Shown here in pieces: positions 11,856 to 23,514 of a stretch of DNA of 64,000 nucleotides. Position 1 is the stretch's first letter; each line of letters begins with the position of its first letter. The notes beneath the pieces were generated by a model, which worked only from the letters and a program-made list of their open reading frames with translations, searched no databases and was not told the origin of the DNA. Source of the stretch: Macrostomum lignano (Eukaryota); contig NIVC01000546.1 of assembly GCA_002269645.1 (NCBI GenBank), forward strand, positions 186,001 to 250,000. Reading direction: 5' to 3'. Both the position numbers and the translations under genes were made by a program.

Positions 11856-13529
11856 CGACGCGTCGGCCGTTCAGGGACTAGCGGAATGGGCGCCCGCGCC
11901 TTCCCGCTGTGTCCCCTCCGGGACAGCCCTGCAGCTAAGTCAAGTAAGTCAAGTATATAGTTTCCTAAGAAACGTTAGAAATTGCCTTCTGAAATTCATT
12001 TGAATGATTGCTGTTGCTCGATATTGTATGCATTTTTTGCATTTCGCATTTGATCTTTTAAATTATTTCTTTTTTTCTTCGACTGCTAGGCCTTATTTTG
12101 TTTATGGATTGTGATCCTAGGTATAGCCTATTGATTTTTTTATATGATCCTTCATCCAATATTATTTATTGTCTTTAAATTTGTCAAGCGAAAAATATTC
12201 AACAACAAAGCTACTATTTTTTGTTTTTGATTAGTGACCATATCCATGGCCATGATAGGTTACATATAATATTATAAACTGTAATATATATGACCATGAT
12301 AGGTTAAGGTTATCATAGGCCTAGTTTCTTTTTTCAAAGTTCTACTATGCAATTACTAACAAATAACCTTAAAACAAATTTGTATAATTGTATAGGCCTA
12401 GTGATAGTTACGATAGGCCTAGAATAGTGGAGCTTTAAAAAAAGAGCATCATAATGAGTATTTTATTTAGCAAAACATAAAAAACAAAGTCAAAATTGAA
12501 ACAATGAGAACTTGTATTATTACCAATATTAGGCTAAAAATTTATTCTCAATATAATTTTAAGTCCCAAGATAAAAAAATTAGATAAGACAAGACAAGCT
12601 GCAAGCATAAGTAATGAAAACATACATTTTTTACCTTCAACTGTCTATGTTAGAATTTATTATCATTCTTAAATTAAAAAAATTTACTCTAGCCATACTC
12701 ATAAAACTATTAAGTATTATATGGTTTTCCTTAAATATGACCCCCTACTGGCCTACACAATAAAATCAAATTCATGCCAGAAAACAAAATTACTCATGAT
12801 CTATATACAAGCCAGTATCAAAAATATACCAACAGCTATGCCATATGCTTGCTCTATGGTGCAATTTTCTAGCAGATTGTTCCATATGCTAGATACTTTA
12901 TATGCTGACCATTTTTTTCAAGTTCATTGTATACTAGAATTTTCTGGCATATATGTAAGATTTGGCAGTGGAAAACTCAAGTAGGACTTCTTAAATAGCC
13001 ATAACTATTATATGATACTTTATTTTCAAAACAGAATAATAATAACAATAGTAATAAGATATGTATTTATTCCTTAAAATGTTAGGGTAAAATATAATTT
13101 GCAGATTTTAAATTCCATTTATTATTAAAGCTTCATCCCTTTTAAATCTTCATTTTTAGAGAACAAAGAAAAGGAATTTTGTAGCACATGAATGTTATAT
13201 CTTTATAGTTTATGATAGCCTTAAATAAGATAGGTCCCAGCATAGCTAAGTATATGAATAACTAGTTCTACCAAGTATAGAAGTCAAACAAATATTCCTG
13301 AAATAAGAGATGGCATAGTATGTCATAGCTGAAATATAAGCCATCTATGCATCTTGGCTAATTACCACACAAAGGGATTTGCTTTAGGGATATGCTAGTA
13401 TATGCTAAATAGAGATAATCACAATATAAAAATGTCTTTTGGGGGTTCTAAGTATATTAGAATAGAGATGTTCCAAAAGTGTATTTTATATCTAAATCAA
13501 AGTCAAAATTTCAGAACACCTTTTTCTAT

Positions 13530-13890
13530 AGAGGAAACAGGGATTCCAAGGGTGCTATAGACAGAACAGAGATTCTAGGGATGCTATAAAGGGAACATAT
13601 ATTCTAGGGATACCATAAAAGGAACGGATTTCAAGGGTTGATTTTAAGGGAATAGGGATTCTAGGAGTGCTATAGAAGGAATAGGATTCCAGGGGTGCTA
13701 TAGAGAACAGGGATTCCAGAGGGGATTTAAAGGGAACAAGGATTCCAAGGGTGCTATAGAGAACAGGGATTCCAGAGGGGATTTAAAGGGAACAGGGATT
13801 CCAAGGGTGCTATAGAGAACAGGGATTCCAGAGGTGATTTAAAGGGAACAGGGATTCCAAGGGTGCTATAGAGGGAACAGGGATTCCAGG
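13530..13890. repeat. Minisatellite, about 29-bp unit (GGGAACAGGGATTCCAAGGGTGCTATAGA)
   Basis: Tandem degenerate copies visible. Confidence 0.85.
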
Positions 13891-14410
13891 ATTCCAGTTG
13901 TCAATACAACCAGACTGACACTGGAGCTGCAGATTCACCAAGGTCATTAACAGACAAAGTAATAACTCATCAGACCAACCCCAGTTTGCTATTTTGAGTT
14001 TATGGTTTATGAGTCTCTATAGACAGACTTCAACTTCAATGCTGGTTGAAGTCTGTCAGCATTTTCTTTCTTAACGAAGTTCTTCTGAATTTTGAAAGCT
14101 GCATAATTTTCAGACCCTGGATCTGGTAAGTCGGCAAGAGATAAAAGTCACAGAACTAGTTCAAACTGGTTTGTAATGTCTAGAGCAAAGTATTGGAATA
14201 AACAAGCTTAACACCACTCTGTATTTACCGTAGCATTGACAGAAATAAAGGTCAGCCGGTCTTTGACCTCAGATCACTTCTGGCCTTATCTTAGCTTATT
14301 TAGTAAGTCCACTTGCAGTGGGCGCCCCTTGTTACTTTTGTCATTTTAACATTTAAAAGTTTCCAGAAGCACAGCTATAGTTAGATAAAGCTTGTCAGCT
14401 GTTGAACAAA

Positions 14411-14935
14411 ATGGCGGCATCAGTTGAGTCTGCCAGTTTGGCTGGCCAGAGTCAACAGGCAGATAAGGGCGAGTCAAAGCCGCTGACTTATCTGAGACAG
14501 GTCCTGGCCCTGATGTTGGACCCGGGCTTGCTGGCCAGTTCGGGCGCTGGTTGCTACCCGGCCTATGTTGTCGCTATGGCCAAACGCCTGCTAGCTGAGT
14601 TCCCCGGCGCCAGCCTGGGCTCCTACACGCACACTGGCGGCCAGTTCGCCGTCAGGCAGCTGTGCGCCGATTTTCTCGCTAGGCGCGACGGCGGCGCCAG
14701 CCAAGTCGATGACGTCATGGTGACCTGCGGCTCCGCCGAAGCCATCCGCCTGCTACTCGAAGGCTTCGGTCGCAGACAATTGAAACCGGCGGCGGCGCTG
14801 ATTCCGGCGCCAGGCCGACCGATGTACGCCGCCTTCGCCCATCAGGTCGGCGTCCTGCCGGTACCGTACAGGCTGACCGCGCCACCGACTGCTGGCTGGC
14901 AGCTGGCCGAGACCGAGCTGGAGGCCGCCTATCGG
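14411..14935 (+). CDS. GPT-like: Alanine aminotransferase-like gene, exon 1 of 4 identified (further 5' exons possible)
   Basis: KPLTYLRQVLAL, SLGSYT, FLARRDGG, VTCGSAEAI, LIPAPGRPMY align to ALT; donor CGG|GTCAGT phase 0. Confidence 0.85.
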
Positions 14936-14950
14936 GTCAGTCGTGTTCGT

Positions 14951-15962
14951 CCCTGTCACCTGGCATCCCTGTGTAGTCCCTGTCACCTGGCATCCCTGTG
15001 TAGTCCCTGTCACCGTCTGGCATCCCTGTGTAGTCCCTGTCACCGTCTGGCATCCCTGTGTAGTCCCTGTCACCATCTGGCATCCCTGTGTAGTCCCTGT
15101 CACCGTCTGGCATCCCTGTGTAGTCCCGGTCACCATCTGGCATCCCTGTAGTCCCTGTCATCCTTGTGTAGTCTCTGTTACCTGGCATCCCTGTAGTCCC
15201 TGTCACCGTCTGGCATCCCTGTGTAGTCCCTGTCACCGTCTGGCATCCCTATGTAGTCCCTGTCACCTTCTGGCATCCCTGTAGTCCCTGTCACCTTCTG
15301 GCATCCCTGTGTAGTCCCTGTCACCGTCTGGCATCCCTGTGTAGTCCCTGTCACCGTCTGGCATCCCTGTATAGTCCCTGTCACCATCTGGCATCCCTGT
15401 GTAGTCCCTGTCACCGTCTGGCATCCCTGTGTAGTCCCTGTCACCGTCTGGCATCCCTGTAGTCCCTGTCACCGTCTGGCATCCCTATGTAGTCCCTGTC
15501 ATCCCTGTATAGTCCCTGTCACCGTCTGGCATCCCTGTGTAGTCCCTGTCACCATCTGGCATCCCTGTGTAGTCCCTGTCACCGTCTGGCATCCCTGTGT
15601 AGTCCCGGTCACCATCTGGCATCCCTGTAGTCCGTGTCATCCTTGTGTAGTCTCTGTTACCTGGCATCCCTGTAGTCCCTGTCACCGTCTGGCATCCCTG
15701 TGTAGTCCCTGTCACCGTCTGGCATCCCTGTGTAGTCCCTGTCACCGTCTGGCATCCCTGTGTAGTCCCTGTCACCGTCTGGCATCCCTGTGTAGTCCCT
15801 GTCACCGTCTGGCATCCCTGTGTAGTCCCTGTCACCTTCTGGCATCCCTGTAGTCCCTGTCACCTTCTGGCATCCCTGTGTAGTCCCTGTCACCGTCTGG
15901 CATATCCCTGTAGTCGGTCACTCTTTCGCACCCGTGGAGCCCCTGGCGCCCCTGTCACCGTC
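14951..15962. repeat. Intronic minisatellite, 30-bp unit CCCTGTCACCGTCTGGCATCCCTGTGTAGT
   Basis: Fills ALT-like intron 1. Confidence 0.95.
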
Positions 15963-16053
15963 TGTTACTAAGGGATCTCTGCGCCACTTTAAGGCTTTAA
16001 CTACTCAGTAAGTAGTATTGTGTTGTACAAATCACATCCGCATTCGCTTTCAG

Positions 16054-16327
16054 TCGGCTGTGGAGGCAGGCGGTGAGCCGCGCATTCTGGTGCTGCTGAA
16101 CCCCGGCCGCCCCACCGGCCAGCTGCTGACGGCTGCCTCCCTGCAGCTCGCCGCCGATTTTGCTCGCCGTCGCCGACTGTTTGTGATTTCCGACGAGACT
16201 CTGCAGTTCGCCCAGTTCGACAACGAGCAGCAGTTCGTCGGATTTCGCCGATTGGTCCTTGAGCAGCAGGCGGCGCGGCCCGACCTGCCGCCGCTTGAAG
16301 TCGCCTCGGTGACCTCGCTTAGCGAAG
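16054..16327 (+). CDS. GPT-like: ALT-like exon 2 (NPGRPTG, DETLQ, SVTSLSEG)
   Basis: Acceptor TTTCAG|, donor GAAG|GTACAA phase 1; motifs correspond to NPGNPTG, DEVYQ, SFHSxSKG. Confidence 0.88.
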
Positions 16328-16339
16328 GTACAAGCGATT

Positions 16340-16629
16340 AAGGTAGCGGACAGGCGGATGAGGGTAGCGGACAGGCAGATGGGGGTAGCGGACAGGCAGA
16401 TGAGGGTAGCGGACAGGCAGTTGAGGGTGATGGACAGGCAGATGAGAATAGCGGACAGGCGGATGAGGGTAGCGGACAGGCAGATGGGGGTAGCGGACAG
16501 GCAGATGAGGGTAGCGGACAGGCAGTTGAGGGTGATGGACAGGCAGATGAGAATAGCGGACAGGCGGATGAGGGTAGCGGACAGGCAGATGAGGGTGATG
16601 GACAGGCAGATGAGAATAGCGGACAGGCG
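16340..16629. repeat. Intronic minisatellite, 21-bp unit GAGGGTAGCGGACAGGCAGAT; continues at 23414-23481 after the LTR element
   Basis: Same unit on both sides of the retrotransposon. Confidence 0.93.
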
Positions 16630-16929
16630 TGTTTGGGAGGTAGATTAGTAGCATTGATTTTCTTTCCAATTCCACTGCGTGTTTTAATGTACGTACGTGT
16701 TTATTATTCAATTTTCTATGTACGCTGATTTAGCCCAGGCCCATCTCACCCACCCCCCTCCACGCTGGCTGATTCTGACTGACTGCAATATATATATATA
16801 TATATATCATCGAGAGGGCTTATTAGCCCTGTGTACGGTTTACGCTTTTCGTTTTGTTAGCGTCTCGCTTGAGCCTCAGCTCCAAAATAGTTATTGGCGG
16901 ACCATCGGTCTTTTCATTTCTACAGTACA
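16630..16929 (+). repeat. 5' LTR (300 bp)
   Basis: Identical by eye to the 3' LTR except (AT)10 versus (AT)9. Confidence 0.95.
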
Positions 16930-16932
16930 TTT

Positions 16933-16950
16933 TGGTAGCAGAGCGTGGTT
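16933..16950 (+). other. Primer-binding site TGGTAGCAGAGCGTGGTT, complementary to initiator tRNA-Met 3' end
   Basis: 3 nt after the LTR; TGGTAGCAGAG matches the animal tRNAiMet acceptor stem plus CCA. Confidence 0.75.
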
Positions 16951-17015
16951 GGACAAGCCTAACTTACCACTGACGTGGCAAGCAATAGAACCCTACTGTG
17001 AAACGAAGGACCAGG

Positions 17016-20000
17016 ATGGACAGTGACGACGCCAATGAGCAGCAGCAGCAGGAAGCCCAAGACGATGCCGGCGCCCTGCGTTTAGAGAAGCTGCGCTTCG
17101 AGAAATCCCGAAAAAAAGCAACGTTCACTCGTTGCAAAAACAAGCTTTCTTGGCTGCTAAAGACGCGCGCCTCTGATGACGAAGTGCAAGCTGCCTGCGA
17201 CGCTCTATCCGACCTGCAGGACCTGGTCAGCGCCATCCAAGAAGAACTGCATCAAGGCTACGCCGACGCCAAGGACAACGAGAGGCGACAGCGCCTACTA
17301 GAAGAGATGGAGGAGACTGAGCGCGACTACCAAGCTGCCATTCAGCGCGTCGAAAGTTCCAGAAACCGGGGATTGCAGCGCGCCCAAGAAGCCCCTCCTG
17401 CCGCGAGTTCAAGCGGTGAGAACGCTGCGGGTGACCAAGAAGAAGCAGCTGGTGAGTTAGACAAACTTTCTGGCAGTGCTGCGTCCAGCAAAGGATCCAA
17501 CCCCAAGGAGCTTTCAAAGGATTTGTGGAAGATGCTGAAGCGTGTTGAAATCCCAACATTTAGTGGAGAAAAGCAGAAGTATGAAAACTGGAAGGCAGCC
17601 TTTGTTGCGTGCATCGACAGCGCCCCTGCAACACCAGAATTCAAGTTGCTGCAGCTTAGGCAGTACCTCAGCGGTGAAGCTTTGAAGGTTATAGAACATC
17701 TAGGACACTCCGCTGCTGCATATGAGGCTGCAAAAGAGAGACTAGAGAGAGAATTTGGTGGACAGCGTAGGCAACTTGCTCTGCACTTGGAAGAGCTGGA
17801 CAGCTTCCCGATCGTGCGAAACGGAAACGCCAAGGATCTGAAAAGCTTTGCTAATCTACTGGATGTGGCTGTCGTTAACCTTGAGGATGCGGGTAAAGAG
17901 GCAGAGCTTCAAGATGGGATGTTGTATGTGAGGCTGCAGAAAAAGTTGCCTGAGCAGATGGTTGCCAGCTACCGGAGGTGGATCTTTGAGCAGCGGAAGC
18001 CGGAGAGTGTTAGAAATCTGAGAATTTGGGTGCTGCAAGAAGCAGAGTTTCAGACTGAAGCGTCAGAGATTGTGCAGGGCGTTGCCACCATGCAGCAGGA
18101 GCGTCAAAAGCGAGAGCAGCGACCAAAGACTTTCGTTACTACGGACAGTGACAAGAAGGTACAGCGAAAGATTTGCATTGTTTGTCAAGGTGATCACGAG
18201 CTGTGGTCCTGCAGTGAGTTCAAGGAGCTTCCGGTGGAAAAACGCTGGGACGCGGCGCAGAGCTCGAAGTGTTGTTTCCGGTGCTTGGGCCAAGGACATC
18301 TTGGCAGCCAATGTCGGCGTGGTCGTCGGTGCGGCATCAGCAGCTGCACAAAGTTCCATCATCGCCTGCTTCATGCAGAAAAAGTGTTGGCCAAGTCTGG
18401 TGAAGCGAAGCAGACTGCATCCAAGGACGCTAAATCCGCTTCCAGTTCAGGAAAGACTGGACCGGTGACGCTTCTGTCGGCTGGTGAAACGGCAATCTCG
18501 CTACGAACGGTACCTGTAGTCCTACGGAACGGGTCCCGGAAGCTGAAGGTGAATGCCTTGCTCGACGATGCCAGTACCAGGAGCTACGTCAACATCGGGA
18601 TAGCAGAAGCGCTTGGAGTGCATGGAGCGCTCGAAAAGGTGAAAGTCGGAGTCATCAATGGCCAAACAGAGACCTTCATGACAGCCCCAGTCTGCTTTAG
18701 CTTGGAAAGTCTGGATGGTCAGACCAGCTCAATGATCGTCGCCTTCACCGCTGATCACGTGACTGGGTCCCTCAAAGGCGTCGACTGGCACGAAGAAGCG
18801 CAGCAGTGGCCTCATCTGAGAAATGTGCCGTTTCCGAAGCTGTGTGAGCCTGCAGTAGTGGACTTGCTGATTGGTGCTGATCACCCGGATCTTCACGTGT
18901 CTCTCAAAGAAATCGTCGGACAGCCGCTGGAGCCAAAGGCGCGCCTGACTCCCCTGGGTTGGACGTGCATCGGTCGCACAGAGCAGGACAATTCTGAGAT
19001 GCAGAACGCCCATTTTGCTGCCACTTTCTTCAGCTGCGATTCCGAATCTGGTCAGGTGGCTAAGATCCTGCGGCAGTTTTGGGAGATCGAGAACGTCTCA
19101 GAAGGTGCCAATCGAAGTCCGCTGACCGCCGATGAGGAGAGAGCCGTCCAGCAAGCCAAGTCGTCGCTAAAGTACACGAAGGGCCGTTACCAGATCGGGA
19201 TTCCATGGAAAAAGGATCGGCTGGCTCCAGCAGGCACTTTCTCAATGGCCTTGAAGCGACTAAAGAACACCGAACAGCGGCTGATTAAGGATATGAACGT
19301 CTGCAAGCAGTATCAGGAGATCCTTGAAAAGTATGAACAGCAAGGGTATATCCGAAAAGTGTCGCAAGCTGAGACTGAAGGCCGCTGTTTCCTGCCGCAC
19401 TTCCCAGTGCTGCGGCCAGACAAGGCTACAACAAAAGTGCGGATAGTCTTTGATGCATCGGCTGCCAGATTGAACGACCAGATCCTCCAGGGCCCCAAAC
19501 TGCAGAGGGATTTGGTTGACGTGCTGCTTCGGTTCCGCCGACACCCGATTGCGATCGCATGCGACGTAGCGGAAATGTATCTCCAGATCGAGATGGACCC
19601 GAAGGACAGGCCGCTGCACAGTTTCCTTTGGCGGGACGCCGATCCTTCAAAGCAACCGGATGTCTACGAGTTCAACAGAGTGGTGTTCGGCGTCACCAGC
19701 TCTCCTTTCTTGGCACAGTTCGTTACCCGCTGCCATGCTGAAAAGTTAAAAGGTGAGCTTCCAGAGGCGGCCGAGACAGTACTGCACTCTACCTATATGG
19801 ATGACAGCCTGGACTCTGCGCCCACCGAGGCAGCCGCCTGCAGGCTGTACGATCAACTCAGTGAGCTCTGGAGGCGCGCCGGCATGCACGCGCGCAAGTG
19901 GGTCTCGAACTCGAGAGCTGTGCTCGATAGAATCCCACCTGAAGACCGTGCAGCCGAAGTTACCTTGGACAGCAAAGAACTACCAAGCACCAAGACACTG

Positions 20001-22414
20001 GGTGTCACGTGGCAGAGTGAGCAGGACGAATTTACCTTTAAAGATGAAAACGAGTCGCGTCAGGTGACCACAAAAAGAGGTCTGCTGAAGAAGCTAGCGA
20101 GCGTCTTTGATCCACTTGGACTGATCTCTCCATTTGTCGTGCAGGCGAAGATTCTGATGCAGGAGCTTTGGCAGACAGGTCTTGATTGGGATGAACCGCT
20201 GAATGCAGAACTTAGTGCAAAAGTGAGCGCCTGGTGCATTGACCTGAAGCATTTAAGCGAGATTCGGCTTTCCAGGGCGCTTGAAGGAGAAAATTCCCTG
20301 TCGGGTAGTGTGCACGTGTTCGTTGACGCATCCGAGAAAGCTTACGGAGCTGTATGCTACTGGAGAAGTGAAACGGCAACTGACAGTGAACGTTCCGTTC
20401 GACTTATCATCTCGAAGACTCGAGTAGCTCCAATCACAACCATGAGTACACCGAGGTTGGAGCTGATGGCAGCAGTTCTGGGAGTCCAACTCGCAAGCAA
20501 AGTCGCGCAGTCATTGCAAGTGCCGCTTCGTGACGCAGTTTTTTGGTCTGACAGCTTAAACGTGTTGTACTGGATTCGTGGCCGAGGAAAAATGTTCAAG
20601 CCGTTTGTCTCCTCTCGAGTGGGCGAGATCCAAGCTTCAACAGAGCCGAACCAGTGGAGATATGTTTCGACGGAAAAGAATCCAGCAGATCTGCTCTCTC
20701 GAGGACTATCGATCAAGGCAGTGGCGGCTAGCCAGTTGTGGTGGCATGGACCTCAGTTTCTCTTAGAAGAGGCAGAGAATTGGCCAAAGAACAAAGTGCA
20801 GGTTCCTGAGCAGGTGGAAGAGAGACGCAGATGCGAGGATCAGTCGCCGGCCGGTGAGAGCCAGAGAACGTATGTCACCGATGTGCTAGAGCGCAATCAT
20901 CGACTGGAGCCAGAGCGCTTCTCCAGCTGGATCAGAGCTGTCCGTGTTCACGCTTGGGTGGCCAGGTTCGCTAACAACTGCCGTTTGATGAAGGAGCACC
21001 GAGATACTGGCGAGCTATCACCAGCAGAGATTGAAGCAGCTGAATCGAAGATCATCCAGAGAGCCCAGCAAGAAACGTTTGCGGAAGAGATCGCTTGTCT
21101 GCGAGCAGGAAAGCAGTTGCCGGGACGCAGTGTGATTTCTAACCTGAACCCGAAGCTCGACGTCAACGACCTGCTTTGCGCTGATGGGAGACTAAAGTTC
21201 GCCGATGTGCTACCGTTTAGCACTCGATTTCCTATCATTCTGCCACGATCACACCGCGTGACGGAGCTCATCGTGAAGCATCACCACGAAAGTGTCCAAC
21301 ATCTAGGCACAAACCAAACTCTGGTGGCACTGTCAAACCGATTTTGGATCGTCTCGGCCAGAGAAGCCATTAAGTCTTGGGAAGCAAAGTGCGCCGAATG
21401 TCGCCGACGGAAAGCCAGACCAGCCAGCCAGATTATGGCCCCCTTGCCCTCTTGCCGATTCAAGGAGCCGCTTCGTGCCTTCGCTCGGTCGCTGTCGATT
21501 TTGCCGGTCCATTCATCACCAAGCAGGGCCGTGGCAAGGCTCGGCAGAAAAGGTACCTGGCATTGTTCACCTGCTTGGCAACGCGAGCTGTACATCTGGA
21601 AGTGGCATTCGGCATGGATACCGATTCCTTCCTACGGACTCTACAGCGGATGATCAGTCGACGAGGCCAACCGATCGAGCTGTTCTCGGACAACGGCACG
21701 AACTTCGTCGGTGCGGCGCGCGAGCTTCGAGAACTAGTCGACGTCTTGGATACCCAGAAGCTTCAACAGCGAACGGCTTCTCAGCAGTTGCGATGGCATT
21801 TCAACCCGCCCGCTGCGCCGCACTTCGGTGGGGTGCACGAAATCATGATCAAAGCAGCGAAGAAGGCAATCTGGGCAATTCTGAAGGAGGCGGACGTCAC
21901 GGATGAGGAGCTGCTAAGCGCGTTTGCTGGAGCGGAGGCACTTCTGAATTCAAGGCCGTTGACGTACCAGACGGCGCATCCGAGTGATGATGTGCCGCTG
22001 ACGCCGAATCACTTCCTCATCGGGCAAGTCGGCGGGAAGTTTGCACCGGAGGTCGACGCTGCCATCGCCCGCAGTCCTTCAAGAAGATGGCGTCACGTCC
22101 AGCAGCTGGTGTCGCAGATCTGGCGCCGGTGGTTGCGCGAGTGGCTGCCGGGACTCGCACCGCGGAGCAAGTGGCGCCGCGAGCTGCCTGACCTACAACC
22201 TGGAGACGTGGCGCTGCTGGTGAGCCCGGACTCGCCTCGGGGTCACTGGCCGCTGGCTCGCGTGCTGGAGGTCATGCGCGGTTCGGACGGTCACGTGAGA
22301 GTCGCCTCAATCAGAGTCGGTGATCGCACAATGACCAATAACCAGACCGAGACCAATAACAAAGTTGTGTCCAATATCTGCAGGTTAGTTTGCGAACCTT
22401 TGCTAGAGAATTAG
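17016..22414 (+). CDS. Bel/Pao gag-pol polyprotein; frameshift at 21487-21488 and 13-bp insertion at 22337-22349
   Basis: IPTFSG..Y..W gag; three Cys/His knuckles; LLDDAS protease; YMDD RT; VFVDAS RNase H; HHCC, VDFAGP, SDNGTNF, GGVHE integrase; PLTPNHFL..RW C-terminal domain. Confidence 0.95.
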
Positions 22415-23102
22415 ACTTTGTCAGGTTTTGCAATTTTTCTGATGAGTTGTTCAATTTTCCTGCTTGTTGCATTGTTCGTAAAGTCTGCTTTCCCTTTCAT
22501 GCTAATAGGAATCACCCTGTTTTTGCCGTCTTAACCCAATTTTCGTTTTCAGTGTTCAACGCGATTAACATTCATTATTTAGCTATTTATTTTCTTGCGT
22601 GAATTTTTGCTGAATAGCAGTCGTTACGGTTTAGTGAATTTGTCGGCAAGTTTGTCTTTTGCGTTTTTTGAGTTTTTTACGAGCGATGTTTGCATTATTT
22701 GAGCTCTACTTAATATTGCTTGATTTTCTGCGCTTAGAAGTACCATAGTTTATGCGCCAGTTCCGACCTTTTGATAGCCCAATGCTTACAATTGTTGTTT
22801 CAGTTTTTGTTTCAGTTGCGTTTGGTGGCGGAAGTCTGCGTTCGTGTTCAATTTTGAAATTTTATATGATAGCTGACGTACTTCTGCAAAATTTTCGATT
22901 GTCATCTACGATCTGCGTACTTATCTTCACCTTTTGCTCTAATTTTCTACCATTCACAATGTCGCCATCAATGTTTCATGCAACGTTGCTTTTTTGCTTT
23001 TTGAGTTCGATTTTGTATCACGCATCGTTTTCGAATATTTTCCTAATACCGTATTCGTTTTCATTGTTTCATCCCTCGAATAGTTTTTGTCATTGTCATG
23101 CC

Positions 23103-23115
23103 AAGGTGGGGGGTA
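23103..23115 (+). other. Polypurine tract (AAGGTGGGGGGTA)
   Basis: Immediately 5' of the 3' LTR. Confidence 0.8.
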
Positions 23116-23413
23116 TGTTTGGGAGGTAGATTAGTAGCATTGATTTTCTTTCCAATTCCACTGCGTGTTTTAATGTACGTACGTGTTTATTATTCAATTT
23201 TCTATGTACGCTGATTTAGCCCAGGCCCATCTCACCCACCCCCCTCCACGCTGGCTGATTCTGACTGACTGCAATATATATATATATATATCATCGAGAG
23301 GGCTTATTAGCCCTGTGTACGGTTTACGCTTTTCGTTTTGTTAGCGTCTCGCTTGAGCCTCAGCTCCAAAATAGTTATTGGCGGACCATCGGTCTTTTCA
23401 TTTCTACAGTACA
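23116..23413 (+). repeat. 3' LTR (298 bp)
   Basis: Direct repeat of 16630-16929. Confidence 0.95.
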
Positions 23414-23514
23414 AGGCGGATGAGGGTAGCGGACAGGCAGTTGAGGGTGATGGACAGGCAGATGAGGGTAGCGGACAGGCGGCTTACAACTTGAAACCTG
23501 CGCGCCACCGTCAG

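Larger units (their letters stand above)
6055..11953 (+). mobile_element. Full-length non-LTR retrotransposon, I group, Loa/Lian-like (ORF1 + APE-RT-RNaseH-CCHC)
   Basis: 12-bp TSD TATATAGTTTCC at 6043-6054 and 11954-11965; two ORFs; 3' hairpin TGTCCC-ctcc-GGGACA then (AAGTCAAGT)x2 tail. Confidence 0.93.
16630..23413 (+). mobile_element. Bel/Pao LTR retrotransposon, full length, in ALT-like intron 2
   Basis: TG...CA LTRs at 16630-16929 and 23116-23413; 5-bp TSD AGGCG (16625-16629, 23414-23418); PBS; PPT; gag-PR-RT-RH-IN order. Confidence 0.96.

Noticed and set aside
13898-13942. Possible upstream ALT-like exon (VNTTRLTLELQIHQG, resembling IVQRALELEQELRQG)
   Set aside because: Only weak phase-1 acceptors before 14399 and no further 5' exon found; left uncalled.
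22415-23115. env-like gene in the Bel/Pao 3' region (125-aa hydrophobic ORF)
   Set aside because: Hydrophobicity follows from T-rich composition; too short, with no recognisable fusion-protein motifs.
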